A stretch of DNA of 64,000 nucleotides from Cycas panzhihuaensis (Eukaryota > Plantae > Cycadophyta). A program made the position numbers and the translations under genes. How positions within the stretch are numbered: position 1 is the first letter of the stretch; each line of letters starts with the position of its first letter. The notes under the pieces were generated by a model. It ran no database searches. It was not told the origin of the DNA and saw nothing but the letters and a program-made list of their open reading frames with translations. Shown one piece after another: positions 49,301-63,200 of this stretch. The stretch covers positions 219,053,741-219,117,740 of the forward strand of contig CM041465.1 in assembly GCA_023213395.1 (NCBI GenBank), in the 5' to 3' direction.

Positions 49301-52300
49301 AGTCCTCGGCATTGACATGGTTTATAACCTTATGTTGGGACGCCCATGTCTTGATCAAATGGAAGATGTATACTTGTCCCACTGGGGACAACTCAAATTC
49401 ATCCACAAAGGGAAAATGAAAGTTGTTTTCTGGGAACTGCCTCCTATTTGATCATCTTATTAATTGTGTCAGATGTCTTATAAGCCAACTAAGGGCAACA
49501 AGGATTCATCTACCCCCTCCATCACTTATTTGACTGATGTCTTTAGCATCCCTGAAGTAGAGGAATAACCTCTCCCTTCTTCCTCAAACCTAATATATTT
49601 CGCCCATATTGGTGTAGGAAGTTATGGGTACCTCACCATCATGAGTGACCACGAGTCTGATGTTGAGTATGAGGAACCTCCTCATCCCATATCCCTCCTC
49701 AACATCTACAAGGGGCATCCCTCTCAAATTCTTTTGAGTCCTGAGCCCTAGTCTAGGACTCCTCTAGTAGATCATGCCACTCCTAATACATCCTAGGAAC
49801 TATGTACCGATGCTCCCATTGTGTGTGTGAGCTCCTGCCCTGCTTTGTCTTCATCCAACCCCCAAAACTTGTCATCCTCTGTAGATGACAAGGATGGGGA
49901 GTCTCCCTTTCCATATGATGAACCTATAGCTTATGACCTAGGTCCCATTCAACTTCCCCCTCCACATAATAGGGCATAACAACATAGGAGGATACCCTCC
50001 GACTCCTCCGAGGAGTCCCCTGATTATGTGGAATGGTGGATGAATCATTATGGACCTATCACTCCTCTTTCGCCTCATCCTTCATTCTTGTTAAGTAAGA
50101 CTATCTATGGGATAGATTACTTTAAGAAAAATGAGGCCTAACCTCCCTTCTAGATACTATAGGCTTGGTTTCCATAAATGTTTAACCTTGGGGTTACCTC
50201 TAGCTAACCTGAATCAGCCTAACACTCCCCTACTCCCTTCTATTGACCAATCTTCCCTTCACTTTAAGGAGGAGAATGCTATGTGTATAAGGGCAACTAA
50301 GGACATTGTCCTTACCCTCGATAAAGTCATCAAGGTTGGAGTAGAGTGTACCCCCAAATAAATAGAGGAATATACCCTCTTATTTCAAGAGTTCCATGAT
50401 ATCTTTGTATGGGACTATTTATACATGAAGGGGATATACCTCTCAATTATCACCTATAACCTTACAACCATCCTAGGTACCCACCTTATGTGATAAAAAC
50501 AATGCCCTCTTCACCCAAAACTCTCTGTTATGTTAAAGATAGAAGTAGAGAAGCTCCTAGATGCAAGGTTAATTACTTCCATTAATTACCCCAAATGGGT
50601 GTCCAACATTGTTCTCATCACCAAGAAGAATGACATGATTCAAATTTGTGTTGATTTCTAGGACATAAACAATGCATGTCATAAAGATAACTTTCTCCTA
50701 CCATTCATTGATCAAATTATAGATCAAACAATAGGCTTCAAAGTCATGTCCTTGATGGATGGCTTCTTCAGATATAACCAGATTCAAATATCTCCTAAAG
50801 ACTGACACAAGATGACCTTCACTATCCCATGGGGCATGTTTTCCTACAAGGCAATGCCCTTCGGATTAAAGAGCATATGTGCTACTTACCAAAGGGAAAT
50901 GTAGTTCATCTTCCATAACCTCATAAACAAAACCCTTGAGGTTTTTATGGATGACATGATGAGCCTCTCCTATAAGAGGATAGATCACCCTGTAGACTTG
51001 TGTGTTATTTTTACAAGGTGCCACAAATACCATGTTAGCCTAAACCTGCTCAAATACATGTTTGTGATGACCACTAGTAAGCTCTTGGGTTTCCTTGTCT
51101 CTAAATAAAGGATCCAAATTGAACCTGACAAGATCAAAGCTGTCCTTGATATGCCTCCTTAAAAAATACAATGAAAAATTATGTCATTTTTGGGTAGGCT
51201 AGGCTTCTTAAGGCATTTCTTGGCAGATTTTACCATAAATACCAAGCTCCTGTCTAACCTTTTAAAGAAGGAGGCCTTATTTATATGGTCTTCTAAAGCC
51301 TAAGAGGTGTACCAAGAGCTTAAAAGAACCCTAGTCTCTGCCCTTATTTTTGCATCCCCTCTCTTTGACCACCCTTCATCTTATACACCTTGGCTACCGA
51401 TGAGTCCTTAGGAGCCATGTTGGCCCAAGAAGATGATTTTGGGACCGAGAGATCCATATATTTCATTAGTTGTATGTTAGTGGAAGCTAAGCTAAACTAC
51501 CCTCTTACTAAAAAAGGATGTCTAGCCTTGATCCATCCAGCCAAAACATTTATCCATTACCTCCTGGGAAATACCACCTATGTGATCATCTAATCTGATT
51601 CGTTAAGGTATCTCCTAATCTGGTCCAACTTGACTGGGAGGATGCATAAATGGGCCATCCTCCTCTAAGAGTACGACCTCAAAATTATTAATAGAAAATC
51701 TAAGAAGGGAATGGTAGTTACCGAGCAACTAGTTGATGCCCTTATTTTAAACCCTTCCAGCCTTCCAGTACATGATTTGTTGCCTGATGAGCCCATCCTA
51801 GCCCTCCAAGATTCATCTCCCTATCCACTAGCTGGCAATGAATGGTATCTAGATATTATATAGTACCTTAGCCAACAACAATATCCTCCTAATGCTAGTG
51901 ATAAGGTGAGGTCACGCGTTAGAGCTACTAATAGGTAATACTTCCTCATAGAGGATGTATTGTATAAGAGGTCCTTTGATGGAGTCTTCCTCTATTACAT
52001 CAGCCTTGACAAAGCAAACTAAATCCTCCATGAATGTCATAGCAACATTTATGGAGGCCACTTTGGGGGCCAATCCATGGCCTAAAGGATCTTTTGCATG
52101 GGATACTATTGGCCATCCCTCTTCACAGATGCCCATGCCTATACATAACCTTGTCACAAGTGCCAGGAGCATGCTAACATGATCCATTTACCTTCTAAGG
52201 TCCTCCACCCTATTATCTCCCCATGGCCTTTCTCCCAATGGGGCCTAGACCTTGTTGGATCCATTACTTCTCCTTCCTCATCTTAACATAAGTTTATTTT

Positions 52301-53088
52301 CATGGTAATATAGTACTTCACCAAATGGGCTAAAGTTATTCTATTGACCTCCACTACAGGTAAGACAATTGCTAGCTTTGTTTACCAACATATTATTTGT
52401 TGATTTGGGGTCTCTGACATCATGGATCACAGATAATAGGATCCTTTTTTGTAATAGAGAGATGGATGAACTCTATGAGAAATTCAAGATATTACATAAG
52501 ACTTCATCTCCTTACTACCCCTAGGCCAATGGCCAAATTGAGTCACTTAATAAGACCCTTATCAATATTTTGAAGAAGACAATTATCTAATCCAAAAAGG
52601 ATTGGCACCTTTAGCTTCATTCCACCCTATGGGCCTATCATACCTCTATTCGCATTGCAATGGGAATGATCCCATTCTCCTTAGCATACAAGATGGAAGC
52701 AATTCTCCCCCAAGAGGTTGAGATCCCCACCTTAAGAGTTTTCCTTAGGGGTCTCATTAATGAGGAGTTATGCCACTAGGCCCACCTCCTAGACCTTGAA
52801 GCCCTAGATGAGAAGTGCTTAGCTGTATACCAAGTAAACCTTACTTCCAAGGCTAGGGCACATAGAACATATAACAAACATCTACATCCTCCCCTCTTAA
52901 ACCCTAGGAACCAAGTCCTCAAACTAGAGTACCTCCATAACTGACTATCTAAATTTGGCTGCAAATGGGCAGGCCCCTTCATCATTCTCAAGAGCCTTGA
53001 TAATGACACATATAGAATAGTGACATTGGAAGGGCTTAAATTTGACAAAGTTATAAATGACAAGTTCCTAAAATTTTTTTATGTATGA
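46395..53088 (+). pseudogene. gag-pol of element B
   Basis: Colinear with A: VVDNGSFVNAMP protease, RT, RH ATDESLGAMLAQED, INT. Many stops. Confidence 0.93.
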
Positions 53089-53919
53089 CCTCTTATGTTC
53101 CCAAGTAGAATAGGCACCCTTTCATTGATTTGAAATGAGCCTAAACTACCTCCCTAAATGCCTCATCATGCCTTCACATTAAGGGCATGATGTGTGTTGG
53201 GATCTTAGGTCACTTCATGTGTTAATGCTCCTTTCTAAAGAAGCGATTTACCCCCTTTCAACACCAAAGCACCCCCTTTTTTATTCATATATTAGCAAGT
53301 TATTTAGTTGTATCAATTCATCGTCACACCCATAGTTAGGGTTTCATTCAAGGATGTGAATTAACCTGCTCTCGAGCATGAATTGCTACTTAGGAAAGCC
53401 CCTGGGGATAATCCATATCCCTGCTTTGATTGATTCTTAGGATATTTGTACCTACCTAGTTGCTCTCTTAGCAGGGTCCCTATGTCCCATCCGAGGGACA
53501 TATATGATCCCCTCACCCTAGTCCTATGCAAGATCGCCTATCATATAGGATGATCATGATTGTTTGGTGTGAGTGCCATGCCACATAAAAGAAAGCATCT
53601 AGGCTAAAAGCATCTATATGTACATGATACAACGAAATATAAATCAATCCATATTATGATCTCTACATCCACATATCTAAAATCATCAAAATAGGCAAAA
53701 TATATCAAAGTAGGGCACTAATATGGCCCCTCTATATATATCCATATATATACAAAATAAATAATGGTATAAAGTATCAGCAACATATGCTTGAGGAAGA
53801 TAGAATCCTTATGAGGAGTAGGTACAGTCATGCATTCATGTGTGATAAAGGACCCCCTAGAGGTTCGAAGCTCTCTTGTCTCAAAAAAATCTATAGTACA
53901 ATGATCATATGAGGCTATT

Positions 53920-56288
53920 ATACCCTCATAGTGTATCCTCTCTTGGCTTGTCTGCTCCCTTGCCTAGAGACCATATCCCTCCTAGGCTCCTCCTCCCCCT
54001 CTGTGAGGTCCTAGCCTTGCTCCCCTCATCTCTCACCCTCCTCTAGGATGGCATCACCATGTGAGTCCTACTATATGAGGAACAAGTAGCCATCTGGTCG
54101 ACTAAGTAGTCATACCTCTCTTATAGCCTATCCCTCTCACTAAGTAGTAGGCCTTACTCTCTCTACATCCCATGAGGATGGCCCTACTCTCTCTCTATCC
54201 TGCGAATCCTCTCCTCTAGCACAATGACCCTTGTTTCATCACTAACATCTCTGGCTCCTCCTCCCTAAGCTTCTAGGACTTACACCTAAGCTTGCAACTA
54301 GTCTCTCTCAACTCGTAGCTAGTCTCTCTCACCTTGTATTTGGTCCCTCTTACCTCGTAACTCTTGAGCCTTTAGAGCCTATGTGTCTTGTACTTGCACG
54401 AGTAGAGTAAAAGATGTAGTGTGTCTCCTTGTTGACCTAGGCTCCTCACTATCTATAATGTGAGGCTACCCCTCCTCATATACTCGCAGGAAGAGCTTGG
54501 TGACTACCTATCTCACTAGCTCTCCTATATCATCCCCACCTACCATCCATACACATCGAGGTGTCAATTAGGGCATATCTAATAATCCATTAAAACTAAA
54601 ATATGTAAAGCATATTAAATGAACTATGTGAACATTAAATAACGAAATCAAAAGCTAAAGTTAGAGTAGAGGGGAAGTCTCACCTCCTAAGATGTTGGGT
54701 GCCTCCTCAATTGTTATACCTACAACTGTAGCCACCATCTCCTCTTATCCTAGCTCCTCCTCCTCCCTTAGAGTTCTTGGTACATCACCTTCCTTGACCT
54801 CCTTTGCTCCAAGGACCTCCCCTCCACCTACGACTAAAGTTGTCTCTACCATAGTTGCTATCGTTGTTGTTGTTGCTATCACTGTCATTACCTCTGGGTC
54901 ATCACCGACAACTCCCTCACCCTTCTCCTCATCCTCTAACACCTCTCTTAGTATGTCAATGACATCGCCTCTCTCCTCATCACTCCCTAAATGGACAGCA
55001 TGATACATGTCACTCACATAGTCATCTAATGTGAGGAGGTCCAAAGATATGGCTACCACTAACCACCTAACATGTTCTAGTTCTCTTGCACTCCTAAATC
55101 GTGTCTTCCCCCTACGTACCATCGGGGCATAAGATGTTATAGGTTAGGGATCTGCCACTAGAGCTACTCCATGAAAGTGATTGAAAAACTAGTAATGGAG
55201 GAGGGTGTAGAATGAAAATCCTCCTCATCCTACCCTCCTAATTTGGTTGAGCTGGGTTGTGAGATTAGCCACTATCAAAGTAGCCTAGTCAAAATGCTCC
55301 CCCTACTACATCTCCTAACTGTCATTATCCATCCATATGGAATATCCCTATAATTTTGTTTCTAGGACATCTAGAATAGAATGGTAAACATGATTATCTT
55401 CCTCACATGAGGAATCCTAGACATAATAATACTCATCAATGGTATTCCCCCCCCCAGGGTTCTAACGACACTGACCTGTGAAGAACCTCATAGCCTCCCG
55501 ATGAGCTACATCAATGCTTGGGAGGGTCTCCAATGCTACTGGTGCACCTTTATCTAACACCCCTAAAATCCTCTTGACATCTACTGGGGTGATGGTGACA
55601 TCTCCTACATGAGGGAGATGAAATGCATACCTCTTCTGGTCCTACTAGGAAATGATATCCACTAGGTGGGTCTGATCTGATGAATATTGAGGCATGCTGA
55701 TGATCTTCTTCAACCTACATTGCTATAAGATCACCCTCTTTAGTCTTTGTAGTAAGTCGATAAATCCAACCATAACCTCGCCAACATTTTTGTGGTTGTC
55801 AAATACAATAACGAGCTACAAAAAAAAAAAAAAAAAAAACTCACCACCAGTTAGCTATTCTCCTCTTTGCTAGTAAAAAATCCTCTCAGATCATCAAAAA
55901 ACAAGAGAAATTGCACGAAATTAATATAAATTTGAAGTTTTTTTTTTTCATTAAACTACTCTAGCACTGCTAATATATTAGTGGTACCATGAATATATTA
56001 GCAGGCCTTGTTGACTCCTCTTTAGCCTGTAAGGAAGTTCATAGTCCCGCGACTTCCTTGCCAAAAATTGAAAAAAAAAATATTTTTTTGTGGACTACAG
56101 CTAGTCCACTAGGGCCAAGGCTCCCTAATGCCCTAGTCTAGCCCCTTGTAGGCCCTCAAATGGGTTCTAGAAGGCCTGATTTACCTATAAAAGACCTAAA
56201 TTACAACTAAAATGAATTAATGACAAAAATCAAAATTTAAGGGTTAAAGCCTAGATCGACGTATCAGATTAGGTCTAGTCCTAGCCAT
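53920..56288 (-). pseudogene. Antisense 3-exon PMD / coiled-coil gene of element B
   Basis: Exons 56288-56265 (MARTRPNL), 55815-54684 and 54539-about 53920. Poly-T GTAG acceptor at 55817-55816. Donor GAG|GTGAGA at 54683. PMD motif AFHLPHVGDVTITPVDVKRILG. Confidence 0.8.
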
Positions 56289-56595
56289 CTCTCTCTCTCT
56301 TAGGTCCAATGGCTCTCTCTACATGATGATTTGATGGTTGGATCTTCCCCATCGAGCATGTGACAAAGTGGTAAAATAGGATGCTGGAGGTGCAGAGCTC
56401 TAAAATCACACGAGGTATTGTGAAAATAAAATATTATTTTCACCCTCATCCTCCTTTTATTCATTGAGCCTTCTAGGGCATCGTGTCCTTTCTTTGTCAT
56501 GAAAGAGCCACTAAGATCATCTCCTCTAGCCAATCTCTAATTCCTTTAGGGCCTAGGCTTAGTTTTGCCCTTATATGCACCTTTTTTCTATTATG

Positions 56596-56731
<136 letters not shown>

Positions 56732-57105
56732 CCTTATTTTGGCCCTTCTCATGAGCCCTTCTACCTATTTTTCATGTCATTTGAAATGTTGTTAGAGTTT
56801 ATACTTTATTAGCCCGTTTCAATGCCCTGATTATGTTTTTACCATATGTTTAAGCCCTAAGGCTTCTAACAAGATCTCCTTCCCCCTTAAGTCCTAGTTA
56901 ACCTTATACCAACCCCAAGGACCCATTACACAACCTGTCATTATGATAACTCTCTCCCATCCATAAGGCAGGCCCTTTACTAGCCTGATAGCCTATCCAC
57001 AGGGCTCTCCTATCTCCTTGTGGCTGGTTTCTAAGTTATTGTGAGTCATAGAAGCCTATTTTAACTACTTCCTCCTCTTTCCATAACCATTTGCTTTTTC
57101 CTACC

Positions 57106-57525
57106 ATGGCTCTATTTATCTATATAGAAGGTGGTAGTTATGGTAACCTAGGACCTTTTACTATTGCCTAGATCATCTATGATCCTTCTAGACATAACTT
57201 CATGCATTCTAGAGTATACTTACCTGATGCCATGAATAATGAGGTTGAGTACATGGCCATTATCAAGGCCTTTATTGATGTACTTCACTTCCATCATGGC
57301 CCCATCATTCTTCACTATGATTCTCAGGTCGTTATCTCATAAATGACTCAAATCTATAAGGTCCATTACCCCCGACTGAGATCCCTTGCCTCAACCGCTA
57401 GGTCTCTTTTATCCTCCATTTCCTTAGTGGATATTTAGCATATCCCTTGTGACTAGAATGTTAAAGCGGATAGCCTCGTCTACTTTATCCTGGAGCATTT
57501 CCTCCCTTCCTTAGATGATCCCTAG
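57106..57525 (+). pseudogene. Stand-alone archaeal-type RNase HI (aRH) of element B
   Basis: MALFIYIEGGSYGNLGP...AMNNEVEY...YDSQVV...HIPCD*NVKADSL; colinear with the aRH of A. Confidence 0.9.
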
Positions 57526-57544
57526 CCAATCACGTAGGTGGATC

Positions 57545-57599
<55 letters not shown>
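57545..57599. repeat. (CT)n microsatellite
   Basis: Direct sequence. Confidence 0.95.
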
Positions 57600-57600
<1 letters not shown>

Positions 57601-58188
57601 AGCTTTTTCCAAACATCCTCCCATTTTCACCTCCAAAAATAGGCCATGGACGAGGTTAAACTATGGTGACCACAAGTTTGTCTCTTTACTTGGCTCTCGT
57701 ATCATCCATGGTATAATTTTTTTTACATACTTTTCAATTATGCTTACATCTTTCTAGATTACATCTATATTATTCCTAAGTTTATGTTTACATTATATTA
57801 CCATGTATATGAATGCGATGGGCCATCCCATCATGTCCTTCTCCTTTTCTACTACTCTTTTATTTTTTATAGGGCTTCTGATCCCATTCTATTTTCTAGG
57901 GTTATATTACCCTCATAGGTGTCACCATGGGCAACTACAAAGTCACCTTTCCATCACCCCACATATGTTTTCAGTCTAGGGCTCCGTACCCTAAGGATTG
58001 ACCAAGCCATGCCTCCCCTTCCTTACCCAAATATACATATCCTATCCAAGTAATCCATCATGACATTCGCCACTCACCTTGGTTACCAACACATGAGCTT
58101 TGTACACTTTTGTTGATGAGAATATGGTGAAAACATTCACCATCATCTAACGCTTTTGGGTAATGAGGTTCCACTACCAAGGGAGCAG

Positions 58189-59412
58189 TGTTTCCTGACC
58201 ACTGAGAATGGATTGGGATGGTACCACATAGGTAAGGATAAGTATGCTCTTATTCCTCTCACCTTATTTGCATTTTATTCATTAAGTTAAGTTTTGGTTG
58301 TGTAACTACTTGACTACTTGGTTTGCTTGCTCATCCCCCTGCCTATGCATGTATTCCATGCCTATGACAACTAGGACTTTGATCCAATGGCACCAATGAG
58401 CTCCAATGGTTAAACTCTTCTTGGAAATAGGTCCCTCACATGACTTTGTATCTTAGTCTAGGTGATTCTTAGCTTATTTTTTGCCTTCTTATAGTATCTT
58501 GTCCCCTCTCGTTATGCCTCATTTATTCCTTGGTCTACCAAGGATAACCTATTGAGGTTTTCGATGGAAAGATGCCCTTTATTACTCATTTTGCATAAGA
58601 TTTGCATATAAACTTCATTAATGTTAGCTATTTAGACCCTGTTTGTATCCTGGTACCCTTACTTACCATCATCCCATCAAGTTATGACTTAGTTTAATGG
58701 TTTTCTCTCATGTTTCTTTCACTTTTTAGCCTATAAAAAAGTCTAGATTTGATATATTGATCCTTAAGGATGCGTTTTAGGCCCTCTAGCAACATAACAG
58801 ACCTTATTTTATTCATTTTAATTAATATTTATTAACTTTTGTTAGAATTTGTTGATTTATTACTGTTCTGCTCCTTTTTTGGTCTATATTGCTCTAATTA
58901 TTATGCCATACTAATATATTAGTGGTACCACTAATATATTAGTAGTGCTGCAAATCATTTCGTGGTGCAACTATTATAAATTTAAATGTGATAAGAAATG
59001 GCTAAATTTACATTTATTATGAGCCAAACATAATCTTTGACCTTGGGACTAGCCTATATTAGCCCTAACAGTCCCTAGACCTCACCTAAACCATAAAAAC
59101 CTCAATTCAAACTGATTTTCCCTCTTCTTCAACTAAAATTTTCTACACAACTTCACATTTTTTCTCTAAAAAAAAAAAAACTCTCATCCTCTTGAGATCT
59201 ACTTGTAGTCCAAGCATAGAATGACACTTTGGCAAAGGCAAGCAAGTAGAATCAAGCTCTACGACAACACTAGATTAACCTCAAGCTATCAAGTTATAAA
59301 GAAGATCTAGTTTCTTCTCCAAAACACAAAAATTCTTCTCTAAAACTCTTAGTTTTCAAGCTAAGGACTCTCACATACATCAATCTTTCCTTCATCCAAA
59401 AAGGTAAGTGAT
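58189..59412 (+). repeat. Truncated 3' LTR of element B
   Basis: Follows the PPT. Homology to the 5' LTR stops after AAGGTAAGTGAT. Confidence 0.9.
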
Positions 59413-60295
59413 ATAACTACAAGTGCAACCAGTGAAAACTGCAAGTGCAACAGTGCGGACTACAAGTGCAACAGTGCGGACTACAGAAACCAAAAATAAA
59501 AAAAATGGAAAAATGATAGCATTTTTGACAGGGAAAACGAAGTTCATTTTGCATGAAATTTTAGGACATTTTTACACATGCCCTCTATGCAATAAAAGAG
59601 AAAAACCCCTTAATGAAATGGATTTAAGTGGGTTTTTTTTAATCGTTTATGAATTCATTGAAGAACTAAAAAATGGAAAAATTGTTGAGGAAGAAACTAC
59701 GCACCGTAGGGTTTTAAAACAATGAGTTTTCTTTACGGAAGACATGGAAGGATGCCTAACAACCATAAACATAATAAGAGGAGCAAGATTTGAGAAAAGT
59801 TGATCCAAAATTACTTTCCAAAAAGAAAGAACGGCTCCAAGATAGAAAATCTATATAGGAGAGAAAGAAGGAACATAAGTGCAAACAGACGGAAGGAGCA
59901 ACAGAACACTGCCCAGATCTATTCGTGGGGGTAGTGAAGGAGCCCAAGAAGACATAGTTGCAGCCGAGGGAAGAAAAAAATAGCTGCAACAGTCCAAGGA
60001 AGAGATGCCAGTGGAATTCTTTACCAAGAAAAGGGATTTTTTTTGGTTATTCGCAACCAAAACTCCATGCATACTTCATTGGTAGTGGGTTCAAAGAGCA
60101 TGTAATAGCCCAAAAAGCGCCCAGCACTCATTTCTTCTCTCCCAACTTGCCGTAGCAGTCCTATGCATGCTTAATAGAGCACAAACATAAGGAATTTTGT
60201 AAGAAAAATTTTAAATATCTTCAAATTAATGTAATATTATTATAAATTTGTTCTGGATTTATTTTGATTGGATTAAGTCTTTACTTTTCCATTCA
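59409..60295. mobile_element. Unrelated segment of about 0.9 kb, possibly a solo LTR of another family
   Basis: Possible TG..CA ends (TGATATAAC...CCATTCA), an internal 21-bp tandem repeat at 59416-59485, retained CpGs, and no matching TSD. Confidence 0.45.
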
Positions 60296-63200
60296 AATTT
60301 AGATTAATCCCATACAAACATATTGTAGAACTCATGAAGGACTTTTGTGTCCTCCCTAACTTCTTGGGGGAAATATTTATCCCTAATCTTGATAACCCTA
60401 TTAGGGATAAGGATGATATCCTTAGTTGCCTCTATGTATTACATATTTCCTTCTTCAAAGTGAAGGGGGGCTTGGTCAATCAGTGGGTTAGGCAGAGTAG
60501 TCATTATGTTGGGATTGGCTAAAGGAGAATTGATAGGTAAGCATTTCTAAAAACCCAACTTATGGTGTTCAGAAGGTAGATTAAGTGAAGATCTCACTAA
60601 GTACTATAATAACACCTCGTTATTTTCCAAGTAATCTATCCCATGGATAGTTTTGCTTATGGGAGGTTGGGGTGCTTATGGGGTAGGTAAAGGCTGGTAA
60701 TGATCAATTACCTAATCTACATAGTGGGGTGACTCTTTTGAAGAGTTTAAATGTACCTACATGATGGGCCTACCATTCATTTAGTGTGGAGAGATTCTCA
60801 GGGGATCAAGATTATAAACAATAGATTTGTCATGGGAAAACATAAACTCTAAATCATCATCGATGTCATAAGATGAGGGTTAGCTTTGTCCCTTTAATAG
60901 ATTTCCTTGAGTTTGTTAGATTCTCATGTAATGAATTAAGTTGATGGTACAAGGAAGAGAGGGGGAAGCTGACCATGAATCGAATGTATGATCAATAGAT
61001 TCATCAACTACATCCCGGGGGATCCTCCCTTGGAATTTGGCTTAGACCAAGGAGGAGGAAGGTGCTCTTTATGTGGGCCTTTTGATGAAGTAGGGTCTAA
61101 TCAATTAGGGTGTTTATTATATGGGATTTAGGATGAATGGTAAGCCATCCATGCCCTAAGGTAAGGAGACTCTCACCTTAGAGGAGATAGGGATGATCAT
61201 GGTGGAGGTGACCCTGATATGTATGGGTTCAGACTGAAGGAGGGAGGAGTGTCTACTTGAGATGACTCTCTCCTTGTGATGTTGATAAAAGACACCTAGA
61301 ATGAGGGTTGCTCATAACCCTCATCGTCAAATTCTTGATTGATTAAGATGGCTAAATAGTTATAGCTCCTAACACTAATGGGAGTAAAGTGTACCGAATT
61401 CAATTGGGAGAAAGGAGCTTCCTCTCCTTTGTAGGGTGCTTAATCTTTAAAGAACCTATGATAGATGGATGAAAGGGATCCTCCTCCCCATCCACAACTC
61501 TAAAAATAGCTTATCAAGCCTAGTGTCATGATCGAGTAGGTAGAGGCTCTCAAGTGGCAACTTTAATTTTCCTTTGGTTGACAAATTTAAGTTACCCCTA
61601 TCATGAAGAACAAACTGCTTCCATTTGATCTAACCATGGTCAATCTAATAGAAGATTATAATCAACATCAATATCTAGGACAATGATGTCTTTCTATACT
61701 ATCTTGTCTTACATGGTAAGCAGAAGGGTTATTATCCCCAATAATGCCTTCTCACTCCTATCATACCCTTAACATCTCTAAGGGATGGGCTTAAGAGCTT
61801 CAATGGCCAGTTTTTCCAATATACACATAGGCATAACATTTATATAATAACCATTGCCCATAGCAATCCTCTTTAAAGCAAATTTAGGCATCTTAATTTT
61901 TATGGTAAAAGGATAGTACCAATGGAGTTGTCTATCCTTGGTGGAAGGAAGGTCATATGGGTCAAATATGATTAGGGGAAACCTGCATGATGAGGTACCT
62001 ACTAAATAAATAAAGGCATCTATTTGCCCCAAGGCCTCTAAGAAGAGGACTCTTTAATTGGGATAACTCCATAAGATGTCCATTATGGACATCCCCATGA
62101 AGATAGTATAAAGTTCTCTAATAATTAAGAAATCCTTCCATTTTCCCATGGGTTGAGGTATGGCCTACTTAGAATCATAATATCCTAGTCAGATTGGTAT
62201 GGTCTTAGGCATGACTAGGATCTCAGTCAAAAGATTCTCTGAAGAGCTTAGTTGTTGTGAGGTGGAGGCTTTATTGGCATCCTTTACTACTTATGATCAA
62301 GTAATGAGAGACATGAGTTGTCTCAAGTAGCTAGATAATCCTCCTACCCTTAGTCTTGGGCTATGAGGATGTTGTAGGTTGAGTCATAGGGCTTGAAGGA
62401 GTGGAGTTATCCATTGGACCCTTCCCCTTGGATTAATTTGATAGAGGAGGATGAAGAGTTCCCTTTTGCCCCCTAGTTCACCACTTTTATTACTGGGGAC
62501 TCTAATCTTGTTCCTCGTGATTGGGGAATGGATCTTGATGGATAGGTTACTCTAAGTTAGGCTTGGAAATAGTTTAAGAAGGAGGATCATGTGCTAGGGC
62601 TAATTTGGGGTGTTGGGTCCAAGTCCTCAAATTTTCATGAGTGTATTTGCCATGGACTACACACCACTTCTTTTTAGGAGGAGGTCACATCCTCTTCCCT
62701 TATGAAGGTTAATCAGATTCATTCTTAGGTGGTGGGGTTTGGGTAGATTGGTGAACCTGTTGATAACCTTATGAAGGAGCATATAGATAAGGCATAAATT
62801 GAGACAATTGTAGCTTTAAATATCTTATCATTTGCTCAAAAGAGCGAACAACAAAGGTGAGGGATTTAAGGTCTTATCAATCATGCTAACATAGGGCCTA
62901 AAATATTGTTGTTACCCCTTTTGGTCATGTGGGGGAGACAATGCCTTACAATGTTATGTGTTCTTATTTATCTTCTTGAGATTGGCTTGTATATTAATAG
63001 ACCTAAGGGCCAAGCACTTGGATATGGCTAATTCACATGTAGTTACCCCTATTTTGAGGACCTCTATATGAACTTTAAGGCATAAAGTATTCATGAAAAT
63101 ATCTCTCTTTAAATCCTTTGACAACGTGGCCTTGGAGGAATGGAGGAGATCATGGAACCTACAAATGAAGTCCCAGTTTAATTAATCTTAGCCTTATTTA

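Noticed and set aside
59423-60155. ORFs of 100, 77, 73 and 65 aa in the foreign segment
   Set aside because: They have no recognisable motifs, and the first is partly a translation of the 21-bp repeat.
60320-60334. TTGTAGAACTCA as the right end of a solo LTR
   Set aside because: The sequence encodes HEFYNMFVWD of element D on the minus strand, so the break lies further left, near 60290-60298.
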